This document shows, piece after piece, positions 52,833 to 63,083 of a DNA stretch of 64,000 bases. This DNA comes from an uncultured Ferrovum sp. (GTDB lineage: Bacteria; Pseudomonadota; Gammaproteobacteria; Burkholderiales; Ferrovaceae): positions 7,609 through 71,608 of the forward strand of contig CAIVUX010000022.1 in the NCBI GenBank assembly GCA_903909215.1. Direction: 5' to 3'. Made by a program: the position numbers and the translations under genes. The notes below the pieces were generated by a model that made no database searches, was not told the origin of the DNA, and worked only from the letters and a program-made list of their open reading frames with translations. Each line of letters begins with the position of its first letter. Within the stretch, counting starts at the first letter, position 1.

Positions 52833-53333
52833 ATGACACAACCCAAGCTATCCCTCATTGTGGCCATGACCCCCGAGCGGGTGATTGGGGCCCATAACAC
52901 CATGCCCTGGCATTTGCCGGCGGACTTGGCTTTTTTTAAGGCCACCACCATGGGTTGCCCTATTGTTATGGGCCGAAAAACCTTTCAATCCATTGGTCGG
53001 CCCCTGCCTGGTCGGCGCAACATTGTGCTGACCCGTGATAAACAATTTTCAGCTGCCGGCATTGAAGTAGCCTATTCCATCGAAAAAGCACTGGAGAGTT
53101 GCGCGGGTGTAGGAGAGGTTTTTGTTATTGGCGGCGCTGAATTATTTGAGTCCACCTTGAGCGCTGCGCAACGCATTTATCTCACACACATTGACGCCCA
53201 CCTAGAGGGCGATACGTTTTTTCCAGAATTAGAAAACGGAGCCTGGCATGAAACGTCGCGCCGCACTCATCCACGGGATGAGCGCAACGCGTACAACCTA
53301 AGTTTTAGAGTGCTGGAACGTACGGCCTGCTGA
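52833..53333 (+). CDS. folA: Dihydrofolate reductase
   Basis: Contains LSLIVAMTPERVIGAHNTMPWHLPADLAFFK and GRKTFQSIGRPLPGRRNIVLT. An ATG at 52833 is preferred over the track start at 52818, which lies inside the repeat arm. Confidence 0.93.
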   Translation: MTQPKLSLIVAMTPERVIGAHNTMPWHLPADLAFFKATTMGCPIVMGRKTFQSIGRPLPGRRNIVLTRDKQFSAAGIEVAYSIEKALESCAGVGEVFVIGGAELFESTLSAAQRIYLTHIDAHLEGDTFFPELENGAWHETSRRTHPRDERNAYNLSFRVLERTAC

Positions 53334-53762
53334 TTAACGCTTTGGCGTTTCTGTTTTTTTGGCTGTTGCAGACGATGCCGTGGAAGCCGATGAGAAAGGA
53401 TTCGCCGTGGGCGTACCCTTGGATGAGCCCTCGGCTGGTTTTTCCATGCCCATCATGGCCCAAGGCCAAAGAGCCGGATTCATCATAGGGTTATCCCCCG
53501 CAGCCATACTCCCAGGCTTAGGCGCCCCCTCTTTGGCAGGAGTAACCAACGCTTTTTGGTATTCCAAGGTTTTAATGGTGAGTTCTAGCATGCTGACATT
53601 GGTGCTGAGCCAATACTTAACAGTAGTGAGCTCATTAATTTTCTTCTCTAATTCTTCAGGGTTTAAAGCGCCCATCATTAAACTTTGTAATGGAAAAGAC
53701 ATGGGGTTAATCATCTTCTGAAACATTTCAAATACTTCACCGGACGGTTTTTCGTTAGACAT
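53334..53762 (-). CDS. Hypothetical protein, possibly a PhaM-like PHA-granule-associated protein
   Basis: 142 aa. It has a coiled-coil segment (PEELEKKINELTTVKYWLSTNVSMLELTIKTLEYQKAL) and a low-complexity basic C-terminus. It lies immediately downstream of phaZ. The family call is from memory and context only. Confidence 0.4.
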   Translation of the reverse strand: MSNEKPSGEVFEMFQKMINPMSFPLQSLMMGALNPEELEKKINELTTVKYWLSTNVSMLELTIKTLEYQKALVTPAKEGAPKPGSMAAGDNPMMNPALWPWAMMGMEKPAEGSSKGTPTANPFSSASTASSATAKKTETPKR

Positions 53763-53764
53763 GA

Positions 53765-54985
53765 TTAAGATGCGCTCTGAATAAATTTTTGAATTTCGGG
53801 GTAAATGGTTTCACGAAAACGGCGTCCACTAAAAATGCCGTAATGCCCTACATCGCGTGCCAAATAATGTTGTTTGCGGTGCTCTGGAATCTGTGTACAC
53901 AGCTTATGGGCCGCTGCGGTTTGGCCGACCCCTGAAATATCATCAAATTCGCCTTCCACTGTCAGCAATGCTGTGCGGCTAATGGTTTTGGGGTCAACCC
54001 GTTGTCCGCATGACATTAAGGTGCCTTCAGGCAGTGCATGGCGATGAAAAACGATATCCAATGTTTCTAAATAATACTCTGCGGGTAAATCCATCACCGC
54101 ATTATATTCATCATAAAAAGCGCGATGGGCATTGGCGCTTTCGCCGTCCCCTTTAACCAAATGATGGTAAAAATCACGGTGTGATTCCACATGGCGCCCG
54201 GGGTTCATAGAAACGAAACCGGCATGCTGCAAAAAGCCGGGGTAGACGCGGCGCATATAGCCGGGGTATTTAACCGGTACTCGATAAATGACTTTGTTTT
54301 CAAACCACGAGAGCGAACGTTCTTTGGCAAACGTATTGACAGAAGTGGGGCTATTGCGTGTATCAATGGGACCCCCCATCATAATCATAGAGCTCGGCAC
54401 AGAAGCATCGTTGGCCGCAGACATCAAGGACACCGCCACCAATGTGGGAACAGTAGGCTGGCATACCGATACCACATGGACGTTCGGTCCTAGAAAGCGA
54501 ATAAACTCCTGTACATAGCGCACATAGTCATCAAAGTGGAATGGACCTTCTGAAAGCGGGACGATCTTGGCATCACGCCAATCGGTAATGGTCACTTCAA
54601 AATCGCGTATGAAGGTGCGCACGGTATCGCGCAGCAACGTGGCGTAATGCCCAGATAGGGGCGCTACGATCAACACCTTGGGTTGATGCCCAAAATTTCC
54701 CACGCGCACAAAACGGCGCAGCTGACAAAACGGTTTATCCAGGGTGACTTGCTCAACCACTTGTACGGCCATACCGTCAATGGTTGTTTCGGTTATCCCA
54801 AATATGGGTTTTTCGTAACGTTGCGTGGTACGCAACAGCAGTTCAGAACCGGCGGAGACCATGCGGCCTAGGGGGGTATAACTTAGGGGGCTATAGGGAC
54901 TGCCATACAACTGTGCAGTAGATTGTGCCAAAACCCGCAAAGCTGTCATGGAGCCGTGCTGCATTTCATGGAGTTCGTATAGCAT
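53765..54985 (-). CDS. phaZ: Intracellular polyhydroxyalkanoate (PHB) depolymerase PhaZ type
   Basis: 406 aa. The MLYELHEMQH... N-terminus and overall length match the intracellular PHB depolymerase family as I remember it. Confidence 0.7.
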   Translation of the reverse strand: MLYELHEMQHGSMTALRVLAQSTAQLYGSPYSPLSYTPLGRMVSAGSELLLRTTQRYEKPIFGITETTIDGMAVQVVEQVTLDKPFCQLRRFVRVGNFGHQPKVLIVAPLSGHYATLLRDTVRTFIRDFEVTITDWRDAKIVPLSEGPFHFDDYVRYVQEFIRFLGPNVHVVSVCQPTVPTLVAVSLMSAANDASVPSSMIMMGGPIDTRNSPTSVNTFAKERSLSWFENKVIYRVPVKYPGYMRRVYPGFLQHAGFVSMNPGRHVESHRDFYHHLVKGDGESANAHRAFYDEYNAVMDLPAEYYLETLDIVFHRHALPEGTLMSCGQRVDPKTISRTALLTVEGEFDDISGVGQTAAAHKLCTQIPEHRKQHYLARDVGHYGIFSGRRFRETIYPEIQKFIQSAS

Positions 54986-55039
54986 TCACATCCTCTGGGC
55001 CAACGGCCCCATACAACGATTTATAACCGTTACAGACTC

Positions 55040-55069
55040 ATTATGTTGCGTTGCACAAGCCGCTGTCAA
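55040..55069 (-). promoter_or_regulatory. Candidate sigma70 promoter for phaZ (TTGACA-N18-CATAAT on the minus strand)
   Basis: The reverse complement of 55064-55069 is TTGACA and of 55040-55045 is CATAAT, about 55 nt upstream of the phaZ ATG. A GAGGA SD precedes the start. Confidence 0.45.
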
Positions 55070-55095
55070 CGCTGTATATCAAATGGATGCCCTAA

Positions 55096-55755
55096 TCATC
55101 GACGCGCTGGCCCAGGTGCTTGATTTAATACCTGATATAGCTCCACCAGAATACCGGCCGTGGCACCCCAAATATGCCAATCCTGATAGGGAATGCTGTA
55201 ATAGCGCCGTTTCTGGCCCGCCCTCATAACTTCCTTAATCACGTGACGCGTTGGATCAAAGAAATGTTCCAGGGGCACTTCAAAAATTTCAGCCACTTCA
55301 AACTCATCGGCTTTAAGGGTTAGCGGGGGCTGCACCCAACCCACCACAGGAATGACGCGATACCCCGTGGGAATAAAATATTCCCGCAAGGTGCCCAGCA
55401 CCTTGACCTGTTGTGGCAACAGACCAATTTCCTCTTCGCTCTCGCGCAAGGCCGTGTGAATTGGATTGGGGTCTGACCCCTCAATGCGTCCACCGGGAAA
55501 GCTAATTTGTCCCGCATGATCACTCAGATGCAAAGTGCGTTTGGTGAGCAGTACATGAACGCCTTCAGGTCGATCCACCAAGGCCACCAATACGGCGGCT
55601 GGAACGGCGGCCAGACAGGCTTCCTCAGTCATCATGATGCGACCATCAAAAAAGGGCGCTGCAGGTGCGGCATTCAAAGAATCTTGAATCCATTCCTGCA
55701 GCGCTTCACGTGCTACTGATGCGTGACGCAAACGCTGAATCAGTGGCATCACCAT
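55096..55755 (-). CDS. NUDIX hydrolase, CoA pyrophosphatase (NudL-like)
   Basis: Nudix box GGRIEGSDPNPIHTALRESEEEIGL preceded by HAGQISFPGG. It is collinear with E. coli NudL as I remember it. Confidence 0.8.
   Translation of the reverse strand: MVMPLIQRLRHASVAREALQEWIQDSLNAAPAAPFFDGRIMMTEEACLAAVPAAVLVALVDRPEGVHVLLTKRTLHLSDHAGQISFPGGRIEGSDPNPIHTALRESEEEIGLLPQQVKVLGTLREYFIPTGYRVIPVVGWVQPPLTLKADEFEVAEIFEVPLEHFFDPTRHVIKEVMRAGQKRRYYSIPYQDWHIWGATAGILVELYQVLNQAPGPARR
55468..55480. repeat. Single perfect copy of GGGGTCTGACCCC inside the Nudix box region
   Basis: Exact match. On the minus strand it is read as E-G-S-D-P-N. Confidence 0.95.
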
Positions 55756-55783
55756 TGGATCCGGCGCTGGCGTAAAAAGTTTC

Positions 55784-57811
55784 TCAATGCAACAGCGGAA
55801 TAATCATCAAAGCCACGATGTTGATGATCTTAATCATCGGGTTAACAGCAGGTCCCGCTGCATCCTTGTAGGGGTCGCCCACGGTGTCACCGGTTACAGC
55901 CGCTTTGTGAGCGTCTGAACCCTTGCCACCAAAGTGACCATCTTCAATGTATTTCTTGGCATTGTCCCACGCGCCACCGCCGGTGGTCATGGAAATGGCC
56001 ACAAACAGACCCGTAATGATGGTGCCCATCAATACGCCACCCAAGGCTTTAGGGCCTAAGGTTAAGCCCACCACCACAGGAACCAAGATGGGCAGCAAAG
56101 ACGGCACAATCATTTCCTTAATGGCGGCTTTGGTTAATAAATCCACCGCACGGGAATAATCGGGTTTTTGTTCGCCGGTCATAATGCCTTTAATTTCTCG
56201 GAACTGGCGACGCACCTCCACCACCACAGCTCCCGCCGAGCGACCCACCGCTTCCATGGCCATGGCTGCGAAGAGGTAAGGGATCATGCCGCCGATAAAG
56301 AGACCCACAATCACCATGTGGTCTGATAGATCAAATCCTGTTTCATGGCCTAAGGAACCCGATAATCCATGGGTGTAATCGGCAAACAGCACCAATGCCG
56401 CCAAGCCCGCTGAGCCAATGGCGTAACCCTTGGTAACGGCTTTGGTGGTATTGCCTACAGCATCCAGAGGATCGGTAATGGCGCGAATTTCAGGAGGCAT
56501 GCCGGCCATTTCTGCAATTCCACCGGCATTATCCGTAATGGGTCCATACGCATCGAGGGCCACAATAATCCCCGCCATGGACAACATGGACGTGGCTGCA
56601 ATGGCAATGCCATACAGGCCGCCTAAGGCATGCGCACCCAAAATACCCAAACAGATAATCAGCACTGGAGCGGCCGTTGCCTTCATGGAAATGCCCAAGC
56701 CTGCGATGATGTTGGTGGCATGGCCCGTGGTGGAAGCTTCAGCCACGGTGCGTACAGGCGCGTATTCCGTAGCGGTGTAATACTCCGTAATCACCACCAA
56801 GGCCGCCGTAACACCCAGCCCAATTAAGGACGCCAACCATAAGTTCATGGTTGAAATACCGGCTGGGTTATCCGCCATCAGCATGTTGGTTAGGGGGTAG
56901 AACGCCGCCGCCGCAATCACTGCGGACACCGCCAAACCACGATACAGAGCATTCATTACTTTGCCGCCGTCACGGGCTTTGACAAAATACGTACCCACAA
57001 TGGAAGAAATAATCGAGATGCCGCCCAACGCCAGAGGATAGGTAAAGGCGTTTTCAAAACCCTTCATCAACAAGGCCCCCAACAACATGGTGGCGATGAT
57101 GGTGACCGCGTAGGTTTCAAACAAATCAGCCGCCATACCGGCGCAATCGCCCACGTTATCACCCACGTTATCGGCAATCACCGCAGGGTTGCGTGGATCA
57201 TCTTCTGGAATACCGGCCTCTACTTTACCCACCAAATCCGCACCCACGTCGGCGCCTTTGGTAAAAATGCCACCACCCAAACGAGCGAAGATCGAAATGA
57301 GTGAGCCGCCAAAAGCCAAACCCACCAAGGGGGCGGGATCAAAGGCGCTACCGGCGGGAGTCATGTTTTGCAAAACGGCATAATAGCCTGCCACACCCAT
57401 GAGGCCTAAACCCACCACCAATAACCCGGTGACGGCACCACCGCGAAAAGCCACGGCCAGTGCAGCATTTAAACCGTCGTGGGCGGCTTGTGCGGTACGC
57501 ACATTGGCCCGTACGGAAACATTCATACCGATAAAGCCGGCCGCACCAGAAGCCACTGCGCCAATTAAAAAGCCGATGGCGGTTTTGGCACCCAGGGCAT
57601 AGGCAATCACCACAAACAACACAGCACCCACAATAGCAATGGTGGTGTACTGGCGATTAAGGTAAGCCGAAGCCCCTTCTTGAATGGCCGCGGCAATTTC
57701 TTGCATGCGGGCATTACCAGCGGGTTTGGCAATGACCCAACGGTACGAAACAAATCCGTACAGTAGAGCAATCACAGAACAGATCAGGGCAAAAAGAACA
57801 CCTTGTGACAT
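55784..57811 (-). CDS. hppA: H+-translocating membrane pyrophosphatase, K+-independent type
   Basis: 675 aa and highly hydrophobic. Contains DNVGDNVGD and GNTTKA; Lys at the A/K position marks the K+-independent class. Confidence 0.93.
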   Translation of the reverse strand: MSQGVLFALICSVIALLYGFVSYRWVIAKPAGNARMQEIAAAIQEGASAYLNRQYTTIAIVGAVLFVVIAYALGAKTAIGFLIGAVASGAAGFIGMNVSVRANVRTAQAAHDGLNAALAVAFRGGAVTGLLVVGLGLMGVAGYYAVLQNMTPAGSAFDPAPLVGLAFGGSLISIFARLGGGIFTKGADVGADLVGKVEAGIPEDDPRNPAVIADNVGDNVGDCAGMAADLFETYAVTIIATMLLGALLMKGFENAFTYPLALGGISIISSIVGTYFVKARDGGKVMNALYRGLAVSAVIAAAAFYPLTNMLMADNPAGISTMNLWLASLIGLGVTAALVVITEYYTATEYAPVRTVAEASTTGHATNIIAGLGISMKATAAPVLIICLGILGAHALGGLYGIAIAATSMLSMAGIIVALDAYGPITDNAGGIAEMAGMPPEIRAITDPLDAVGNTTKAVTKGYAIGSAGLAALVLFADYTHGLSGSLGHETGFDLSDHMVIVGLFIGGMIPYLFAAMAMEAVGRSAGAVVVEVRRQFREIKGIMTGEQKPDYSRAVDLLTKAAIKEMIVPSLLPILVPVVVGLTLGPKALGGVLMGTIITGLFVAISMTTGGGAWDNAKKYIEDGHFGGKGSDAHKAAVTGDTVGDPYKDAAGPAVNPMIKIINIVALMIIPLLH

Positions 57812-57830
57812 TATGATTCTCCCAATTAAA

Positions 57831-59093
57831 TTACACGTTAAAACGAGTTTTCAGTTTTTTGGTAACGGCTACGTTTTTTAACACCACGTAGTCGGGCAAC
57901 CCTCTCTTAAACGGAGGGTAATCCTCTCCCGCAATCAATGGGGAGAGGTAGCGTCGGCATTTGGCAGTAATGCCATAACCATCCTCGGTAATAAAATCAC
58001 GTGGCAACTTTTTTTCACGATTCGCCACATCACACAGATTCACCATGCCCACTTTCCATTTATAGGGCTGGTTAGACACTCGAACCACAATGGGCATCAC
58101 CGCATTATGGCCTTTTAAAGCAAATTGCACTGCTGCTTTTCCCATGGCGTACGCTTGAGCCACATCCGTTTTAGAGGCGATGTGACGTGCCGCACGTTGC
58201 AGATAATCGGCCACCGCCCAATGATATTTATAGCCCAAGTGATGGCGTACCAATTGTGCGATAACCGGAGCGACGCCGCCCAATTGCGCATGACCAAACG
58301 CATCACGCAGGCCACTATCGGCTAAAAATTCACCTTTCTCGTTTTGCAGTCCCTCAGAAACCCCAACCACGCAATAGCCCTCTTTTTTTACAGTGGCCTC
58401 CACGCGCGCTAAGAATTTATCCTGCTTAAACGGAATTTCAGGAAACAATAAAATATGAGGCGCCTGGCCCGGTTTTTCTGCAGCCAATCCACAGGCGGCT
58501 GTTATCCAGCCGGCGTGACGGCCCATCACTTCCAAGACAAATACTTTGGTAGAAGTGCGCGCCATGGAGGCCACATCAAAGGAGGCCTCACGAATGGAGG
58601 TGGCCACATATTTGGCCACCGAACCAAAGCCAGGACAGCAATCAGTGAGCGGTAAATCATTGTCCACGGTTTTTGGAACGCCCACGCAAATAATGGGGTA
58701 GCCCAATTGGACACCAATTTGCGATACTTTTAAGGCTGTATCTTGTGAATCGCCTCCCCCGTTGTAAAAAAAATAGCGAATATTATGGGCTTTAAACACT
58801 TCGATTAAGCGCTCATATTCAGCGCGGTTTTCGTCCAACCCTTTCAATTTATAGCGTGCCGAACCAAAAGCTCCGGAGGGGGTGTGGCGCAGGGCGCGAA
58901 TATCGGCAGTACTCTCACGGCTGGTATCGATTAAGTCTTCGGTTAATGCACCCAAAATACCGTGACGACCCGCATACAGTTTGCCCATTTGGTCTGTATG
59001 TTTGCGTGCCGTTTCAATAACGCCGCAAGCACTGGCGTTAATCACGGCGGTGACGCCGCCGGATTGTGCGTAAAAGGCGTTTGCTTTGGCCAT
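57831..59093 (-). CDS. pfp: Pyrophosphate-dependent 6-phosphofructokinase
   Basis: 420-aa PFK-A family protein. GGGDS places Asp at the position equivalent to E. coli Gly104. PKTVDND places Lys at the Gly124 position. Both are the classical PPi-dependence signatures. The gene is adjacent to hppA. Confidence 0.8.
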   Translation of the reverse strand: MAKANAFYAQSGGVTAVINASACGVIETARKHTDQMGKLYAGRHGILGALTEDLIDTSRESTADIRALRHTPSGAFGSARYKLKGLDENRAEYERLIEVFKAHNIRYFFYNGGGDSQDTALKVSQIGVQLGYPIICVGVPKTVDNDLPLTDCCPGFGSVAKYVATSIREASFDVASMARTSTKVFVLEVMGRHAGWITAACGLAAEKPGQAPHILLFPEIPFKQDKFLARVEATVKKEGYCVVGVSEGLQNEKGEFLADSGLRDAFGHAQLGGVAPVIAQLVRHHLGYKYHWAVADYLQRAARHIASKTDVAQAYAMGKAAVQFALKGHNAVMPIVVRVSNQPYKWKVGMVNLCDVANREKKLPRDFITEDGYGITAKCRRYLSPLIAGEDYPPFKRGLPDYVVLKNVAVTKKLKTRFNV

Positions 59094-59110
59094 GGATAAA
59101 ATCGAAGTCC

Positions 59111-59767
59111 TTACGCGTTTAAAGCGTTGAAGATGGCGTCGCGAATACTTTCCACGGAGCCCGTGCCGGGCACAGAGATGACGCGCGGCGCCACGGCATC
59201 ACCGCTGGCTGACCATTGTGTGTAGTAATCCACCAGAGGGCGGGTTTGTGCGTGATACACCGCGAGGCGCTTGCGCACAATTTCTTCGCGATCATCCTCG
59301 CGTTGCACCAAGGCTTCTCCGCTGACGTCATCCTGGTTGGGGTTTTTAGGAGGGCTGAAAGTGGTGTGATAGACGCGACCCGAAGCCACATGCACGCGCC
59401 GTCCTGACATGCGCGCAATAATGTCTTCATCCGCCACATTAATTTCCACCACGAAATCCAACTGTACATCTGCGTGGCGCATGGCATCGGCTTGAGGAAT
59501 AGTGCGTGGAAAACCATCAAACAAAAAGCCAGGGGCGCAGTCGGGTTCTTGAATGCGATCGCGAACCAGCCCAATAATGATGTCGTCAGAGACCAATCCG
59601 CCACTGTCCATTACTTTTTTAGCAGCCAACCCCAGAGAGGACCCTGCTTTAACGGCGGCACGCAGCATATCGCCTGTGGAAATTTGTGGAATGCCATAAC
59701 GCTGCTTAATAAAGGCCGCCTGAGTTCCCTTTCCGGCACCGGGGGCTCCTAGTAAAATCATTCTCAT
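59111..59767 (-). CDS. adk: Adenylate kinase
   Basis: Begins [17 protein letters not shown]. 218 aa, with a long lid lacking the Cys4 zinc site. Confidence 0.96.
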   Translation of the reverse strand: MRMILLGAPGAGKGTQAAFIKQRYGIPQISTGDMLRAAVKAGSSLGLAAKKVMDSGGLVSDDIIIGLVRDRIQEPDCAPGFLFDGFPRTIPQADAMRHADVQLDFVVEINVADEDIIARMSGRRVHVASGRVYHTTFSPPKNPNQDDVSGEALVQREDDREEIVRKRLAVYHAQTRPLVDYYTQWSASGDAVAPRVISVPGTGSVESIRDAIFNALNA

Positions 59768-59809
59768 GTGAACTCCTAGCGCTATTTTATTTATTGTTAG
59801 AACGCGAAA

Positions 59810-60589
59810 CTACCCCGAAACTATGCTCCGGTCAAATAAGCTCTGCACTTTTTTAAGATCTTCTGGGGTATCCACACCCGGCGCAGGCGCTTCTTTGTCC
59901 ACCACCACCGCAATGCGATAGCCATGACTTAAGGCGCGCAACTGCTCTAAAGATTCGAATGTTTCTAAAACCGAGCGGCTCAATTGCGTAAAGGCCTGGA
60001 GAAATTCAGCACGATATGCATATAAACCCACATGGTGCCAGGCCGGCAACCCTGCAGGCCAACGGGTATCTGTGCCGCTAAACGCCTCGCGCGGCCAAGG
60101 GATGGGCGAACGGCTAAAGTACAGCGCCTCGTGCTGCAGGTTCAACACCACTTTCACCACATTGGGGTTTTCAAATTGTGCTCGGCTGCTGATCGGGTAA
60201 CAGGCCGTCGCTATGGCGCAATGGGGGCTGTCTTGCAAGCGTTGCGCCACCTGTCGCACAGCCACTGGATTGACCAAGGGCTCATCGCCCTGCACATTCA
60301 CCACCAACGTCTGCGCGGGCAATTTAAGCAGGGTCACGCATTCAGCCAAGCGGTCGGTTCCGGTGTCGTGGTCGCTGCGGGTGAGCAACGCTTCAAAACC
60401 CGCCGCTTCTGCCGCAGCCTTAATGTCTGGATGGTCACAGGCCACTACCACACGACTGGCCCCGCTCTCTCTCGCCCGTTTGGCGCAGTGCACCACCATG
60501 GGCACACCGCCAATTAACGCGAGAGCCTTGCCCGGGAAGCGCGTGGAGGCCATGCGAGCCGGCACAATGGCCATGAAATTTAAACTCAC
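59810..60589 (-). CDS. kdsB: 3-deoxy-manno-octulosonate cytidylyltransferase
   Basis: AIVPARMASTRFPGKAL resembles E. coli IIPARYASTRLPGKPL. The start is either GTG at 60589 or ATG at 60574. Confidence 0.93.
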   Translation of the reverse strand: MSLNFMAIVPARMASTRFPGKALALIGGVPMVVHCAKRARESGASRVVVACDHPDIKAAAEAAGFEALLTRSDHDTGTDRLAECVTLLKLPAQTLVVNVQGDEPLVNPVAVRQVAQRLQDSPHCAIATACYPISSRAQFENPNVVKVVLNLQHEALYFSRSPIPWPREAFSGTDTRWPAGLPAWHHVGLYAYRAEFLQAFTQLSRSVLETFESLEQLRALSHGYRIAVVVDKEAPAPGVDTPEDLKKVQSLFDRSIVSG

Positions 60590-60591
60590 TC

Positions 60592-60771
60592 TTAAACTTC
60601 TTCTTGCTCGGACAGCTGTCGAGCCTCTGCTTCCAGCATGACCGGAATATCTTCACGCACGGGAAAGGCCAGTCGACAAGGCGAGCACACCAGTTCTGGT
60701 GCGTTGGCACGGTGAATTAAAGGCCCTTTGCATAAAGGGCATACCAAAATTTCAAGCAGCTTTGCGTCCAC
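60592..60771 (-). CDS. Trm112-family small zinc-ribbon protein (YcaR-like)
   Basis: Not in the ORF track (59 aa). My own translation is (V)[62 protein letters not shown] start at 60771 is preceded by GGAGG. It sits in the conserved lpxK-trm112-kdsB position. Confidence 0.85.
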   Translation of the reverse strand: MDAKLLEILVCPLCKGPLIHRANAPELVCSPCRLAFPVREDIPVMLEAEARQLSEQEEV

Positions 60772-61774
60772 GCAACCTCCGACGAATGAGATGCTCCATT
60801 AAATCCAACAATGCCACGTCCACCACGGGCGTGATTTGCAACATCCACACTTGGGGACCTGCGAATCTGGTGCATTTTATCCCATCTTTCTCTGTCATTA
60901 GAATAGGCTGATGTCCCGCGAACGCCAGATCTTTAGCGCTGAAGAAATAATGATCGGGGAAGGCATGACATATAGGGTTAACGCCCAATCCGGTTAGGGC
61001 ATCAAAAAAACGTTGTGGGTTGCCGATTCCCGCCAGCGCATGACAAGTGCTGCCTGAAAAGGCCTGCAACGGCAGGGTCTGGGTGGCGTTGCGCACATTG
61101 AGCCATTGCGTTCCTTGTAAACCTAGGCCATACAGTAACAACCCTTTTGCCAAGGGGCGCATCAGCGGGCCATTGACCACCACGGCATCCGCTTGGCGCA
61201 AGCGTGTGGCGGGTTCGCGCAAAGGACCGGCAGGCAATAAGGCCCCGTTGCCCAAACCGCGCGCGCCATCCATCACCACAATTTCCATGTCCCGATTCAG
61301 CGCCAGATGCTGCAACCCATCATCGCTTAGCACCACGTCCACTTCTGGATGCCTGGCAAGCAATTCTTGCGCGGCGGCCACGCGATCGCGCCCCACCCAC
61401 ACCGGAACGCCACTGTGACGCGCCATGAGAGCCGGCTCATCCCCGACGCGACGCGGGTCGTCTTGCACACTCACTTCGCTAACCCCCGTCAAGGTGGAGC
61501 CATAACCGCGGCTGACAATACCCGGATGCCAACCGCGCTCTTTTAAGGCGGCCACCAAACCCAAGGTTAAAGGCGTTTTGCCCGTTCCCCCTACGGTGAT
61601 GTTGCCCACCACCACCACGGGCACGGGCAAGGTGGTGGATTGAATGAGGTGCATGCCATATAAGGCTCGGCGCAATCGTACCGCCCAACCAAACAACCCC
61701 GAAAAGGGAATTAACCAGAATGGGGGCGCGCGGTGCCCATACCACACCTCCGTTAGCCAGGTGGCCACCATCAA
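60752..61774 (-). CDS. lpxK: Tetraacyldisaccharide 4'-kinase
   Basis: 340 aa with P-loop [16 protein letters not shown]. The start overlaps the exbD stop by 4 nt. Confidence 0.92.
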   Translation of the reverse strand: MMVATWLTEVWYGHRAPPFWLIPFSGLFGWAVRLRRALYGMHLIQSTTLPVPVVVVGNITVGGTGKTPLTLGLVAALKERGWHPGIVSRGYGSTLTGVSEVSVQDDPRRVGDEPALMARHSGVPVWVGRDRVAAAQELLARHPEVDVVLSDDGLQHLALNRDMEIVVMDGARGLGNGALLPAGPLREPATRLRQADAVVVNGPLMRPLAKGLLLYGLGLQGTQWLNVRNATQTLPLQAFSGSTCHALAGIGNPQRFFDALTGLGVNPICHAFPDHYFFSAKDLAFAGHQPILMTEKDGIKCTRFAGPQVWMLQITPVVDVALLDLMEHLIRRRLRGRKAA

Positions 61775-62193
61775 GGAGTCGTCACCTGAGTCACCACAGT
61801 GAGGTGGTGATAGCCCGCCTGACGCGCAGCCTCCATCACCGCCACCACGCTGCCATGGGTGGCGCTGGCATCAGCGCCAATTAAAATAGCGGGTTCTTCC
61901 CGCCCCTGCGCGGCTTCTTTTAGCGCTGCCGCCAAGTCCACCACAGTGCGCGTACTCAGAAGCCGATGATTAACTTCAACAGCACCATCCTTATGCACGT
62001 TTACTTCAATAGATTCAGGGCCCTGAGCCAACGGGGCAGTATTACCGGCAGTGGGGAGGGTTATTTTTAAGCCAGAAAAGCGGTTGTACGTGGTGGTGAT
62101 CATGAGAAAAATCAAAATTACCAACAACACATCAATCATGGGAATGAGGTTGATCTCGGGTTCTTCGCGCATGCGCCCCTTACGAAAGTTCAC
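61771..62193 (-). CDS. exbD: Biopolymer transport protein ExbD/TolR family
   Basis: 140 aa. Contains EINLIPMIDVLLVILIFLM (conserved Asp in the TM segment) and a periplasmic domain. Confidence 0.88.
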   Translation of the reverse strand: MNFRKGRMREEPEINLIPMIDVLLVILIFLMITTTYNRFSGLKITLPTAGNTAPLAQGPESIEVNVHKDGAVEVNHRLLSTRTVVDLAAALKEAAQGREEPAILIGADASATHGSVVAVMEAARQAGYHHLTVVTQVTTP

Positions 62194-62798
62194 GAGCGGC
62201 GCTGTCCTTGCAATAACTCCACAAGCTTCAAAGCCTGTTGTTCCATTTCTACCGCTAAGACATCAATGCGAGCACGGAACATGCGGTAAAAAATCATACT
62301 GGGCACCGCCACTACCAAGCCATAAGCCGTATTGTAGAGCGCAACGGAAATGCCTTGTGCCAACACCGCAGGGCTGGAGCCTGTGGGGGTTTCGCTGCCG
62401 AAGAGGATGATCATGCCCACCACCGTACCAAATAAGCCCAACAGAGGGCTGATGGTGGCAATAGTGCCCAACATGGACAGGGATCGCTCCAATTCCACCA
62501 CCACCGCACGCCCAGCTTCTTCAATGGCGTCCTTCATGGCTTCTCGAGTGGCCTGCTGGTTGCGTAGCCCCGCCGCCAGAATACGGCCCAAAGGGGGACC
62601 GTTTTCCAAGGTTTCAATAAGCGAGGCGGACACACCCTGCGTTTGCACCTCTGTAAGTACTTGTTGTAATAGGCCACGCGGGACTACACGGGCCGCACGC
62701 AATACGATCAATCGTTCTAGAATAATGGCCAAACCCACAACGGAGGCCACCAACAACAACACAATAGGCCATCCCGCCGCTTCAATGAGGTGTAACAC
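62190..62798 (-). CDS. exbB: MotA/TolQ/ExbB proton-channel family protein
   Basis: 202 aa with three TM segments and an LGLFGTVVGMI motif. It forms an operon with exbD-lpxK. Confidence 0.88.
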   Translation of the reverse strand: MLHLIEAAGWPIVLLLVASVVGLAIILERLIVLRAARVVPRGLLQQVLTEVQTQGVSASLIETLENGPPLGRILAAGLRNQQATREAMKDAIEEAGRAVVVELERSLSMLGTIATISPLLGLFGTVVGMIILFGSETPTGSSPAVLAQGISVALYNTAYGLVVAVPSMIFYRMFRARIDVLAVEMEQQALKLVELLQGQRRS

Positions 62799-62913
62799 TA
62801 AAATGACCCCGCGGTTATGATTGAGCCCTTAGTGTAATGGAACAGACCGGGCTTGGCGAACCCGGCGCCCGTGCCACCCAGGCCCAACAAGTCTTCGTGA
62901 GGGCATGACAAAG

Positions 62914-62943
62914 TTACCCACAAAGTCTGTGGATAACTTTGTG
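62914..62943. promoter_or_regulatory. Candidate operator: one perfect and one near DnaA-box 9-mer embedded in an 8-bp inverted repeat
   Basis: TTACCCACA at 62914-62922 matches TTATCCACA at 8 of 9 positions. TGTGGATAA at 62928-62936 is the perfect reverse-complement box. CACAAAGT at 62919-62926 pairs with ACTTTGTG at 62936-62943. The site lies in the 285-nt exbB/xseA divergent intergenic region, the largest intergenic region in the window. Confidence 0.35.
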
Positions 62944-63083
62944 AACAGTTCTAATATAGAGCACTCAACCACTTAATCTGTTAGGGATTTTTTTGCACCG
63001 TTTAAATTTTAAACAGAAATATTTTTCTTGCTTTTTCACAAAACTGTAAAATATTTATCTTATTTCAATAGGCTACTCACACC

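Noticed and set aside
62799-63083. Possibility that the DnaA boxes plus the AT-rich tract are the chromosomal origin (oriC).
   Set aside because: Only two boxes are present, and there is no cluster of 13-mer-like DUE repeats. The flanking genes (exbB, xseA) are not a typical oriC neighbourhood (dnaA/dnaN, gidA/mnmG, hemE). It is kept only as a candidate regulatory site.
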